Source: the human T2T-CHM13v2.0 reference genome, Homo sapiens
NCBI RefSeq assembly: GCF_009914755.1
Contig: NC_060932.1
Strand: one strand, 5' to 3'
DNA length: 64,000 bases
The notes under the pieces are model-generated. The model saw only the letters and a list, made by a program, of their open reading frames with translations. It was not told the DNA's origin and did no database searches. Positions 63,156 to 64,000 of this stretch are shown one piece after another (the stretch's first letter is position 1; each line of letters begins with the position of its first letter). The position numbers and the translations under genes are program-made.

Positions 63156-63786
63156 TTAGTGAATACGAATAATAAATGTTTATGTAAAGCTTACTATGTG
63201 CCAAGCACTGCTCTAACCACATAACATGTATCAAATCATGCAAAACGCACCAACTCAATGACTCCTCATGGCAATTCTGTGACGCAGATGCTGTCATTGT
63301 GCCTATTTTACAGATGGAGGGACTGAGGCATTTTTGTATTTTTTGTAGAGGCAGGTTTCACTTTGTTGGCCAGGCTGGTCAAGGTTTAACACACAGTCCA
63401 ACACAGCTAGGAAGTGGTGGGCTGGCTTCAGATTCTGTGCCCCTCACCACTGTGCTATGCTGCCTCTCTGAAGGAAGTAGGGGCTCTTTGGGATACTTTT
63501 GACATTAAGAAAGGATTAAATAGTACAATATAATGAAAACGTTTGAATACTCGTTTTAAAAGTACAAAAAAGAGAGAGCCACACAGGCACTTTTATGTGG
63601 GTCAGGAGTGACTGTTTTGTTGCACTCTTTGGCATCTGCCAAGCATGATTTCTCAGGATGTGGTGGTTGGCCGACTGCCCTTGTGGCCACTGGATTCCAT
63701 TCTCTCTCTGGTTTTTCTCCCTTTCCCCCTGCCCTCTGAAACCTTCCTCTAGACTTCCCTTGCCCTTGTTCTCTTTCTAGGAGCTT

Positions 63787-63960
63787 GTATTATTCTTCAG
63801 AAAAACGGAACCAGTAGGAGGTACATGTCTTTCTCTCTACTGATAAATGTATATATATATGATCTCTCTGTCTCTAAATCTCTCTTTCTCTCTAGTATCT
63901 CTATCTGTCTATCTATCATCCATCTATCTATCATCTATCATCTCCATATATGCTTATATA
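63787..63960. mobile_element. MLT2-like LTR end with (TCTA/TCA)n simple repeat
   Basis: ttcttcagaaaaacggaaccagtagga followed by tctatcta arrays. Confidence 0.55.
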
Positions 63961-64000
63961 GGTAGGTGTTTTTTGTTTTTTTTTGTGACAGAGTTTTGCT

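Overview
Human-like (primate), very Alu-dense genomic DNA. The first 15 kb hold the last five coding exons and the 3' UTR of NTAQ1/WDYHV1 (N-terminal glutamine amidohydrolase, Arg/N-degron pathway) on the + strand; exon 1 lies upstream of the window. The remaining ~49 kb is intergenic and made of Alu, MIR, L1/L2, MaLR/ERV LTRs, DNA-transposon fossils and two 3'-truncated snRNA retrocopies (U4, U2). Almost all ORFs in the supplied track are Alu or repeat artefacts. Main non-standard observations: (i) a 1.3-kb TSD-flanked, A-tailed retrocopy of an apparently spliced, LTR-initiated RNA that splits a MER58 element; (ii) an L1-processed ERV env/U3-R mRNA fragment; (iii) four independent short local duplications (two inverted, two direct) copied from 1-2 kb away; (iv) candidate alternative or poison splicing of NTAQ1. 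Repeat family names are from memory of consensus sequences and need a RepeatMasker/Dfam check. I see no evidence for a wholly new protein-coding system.
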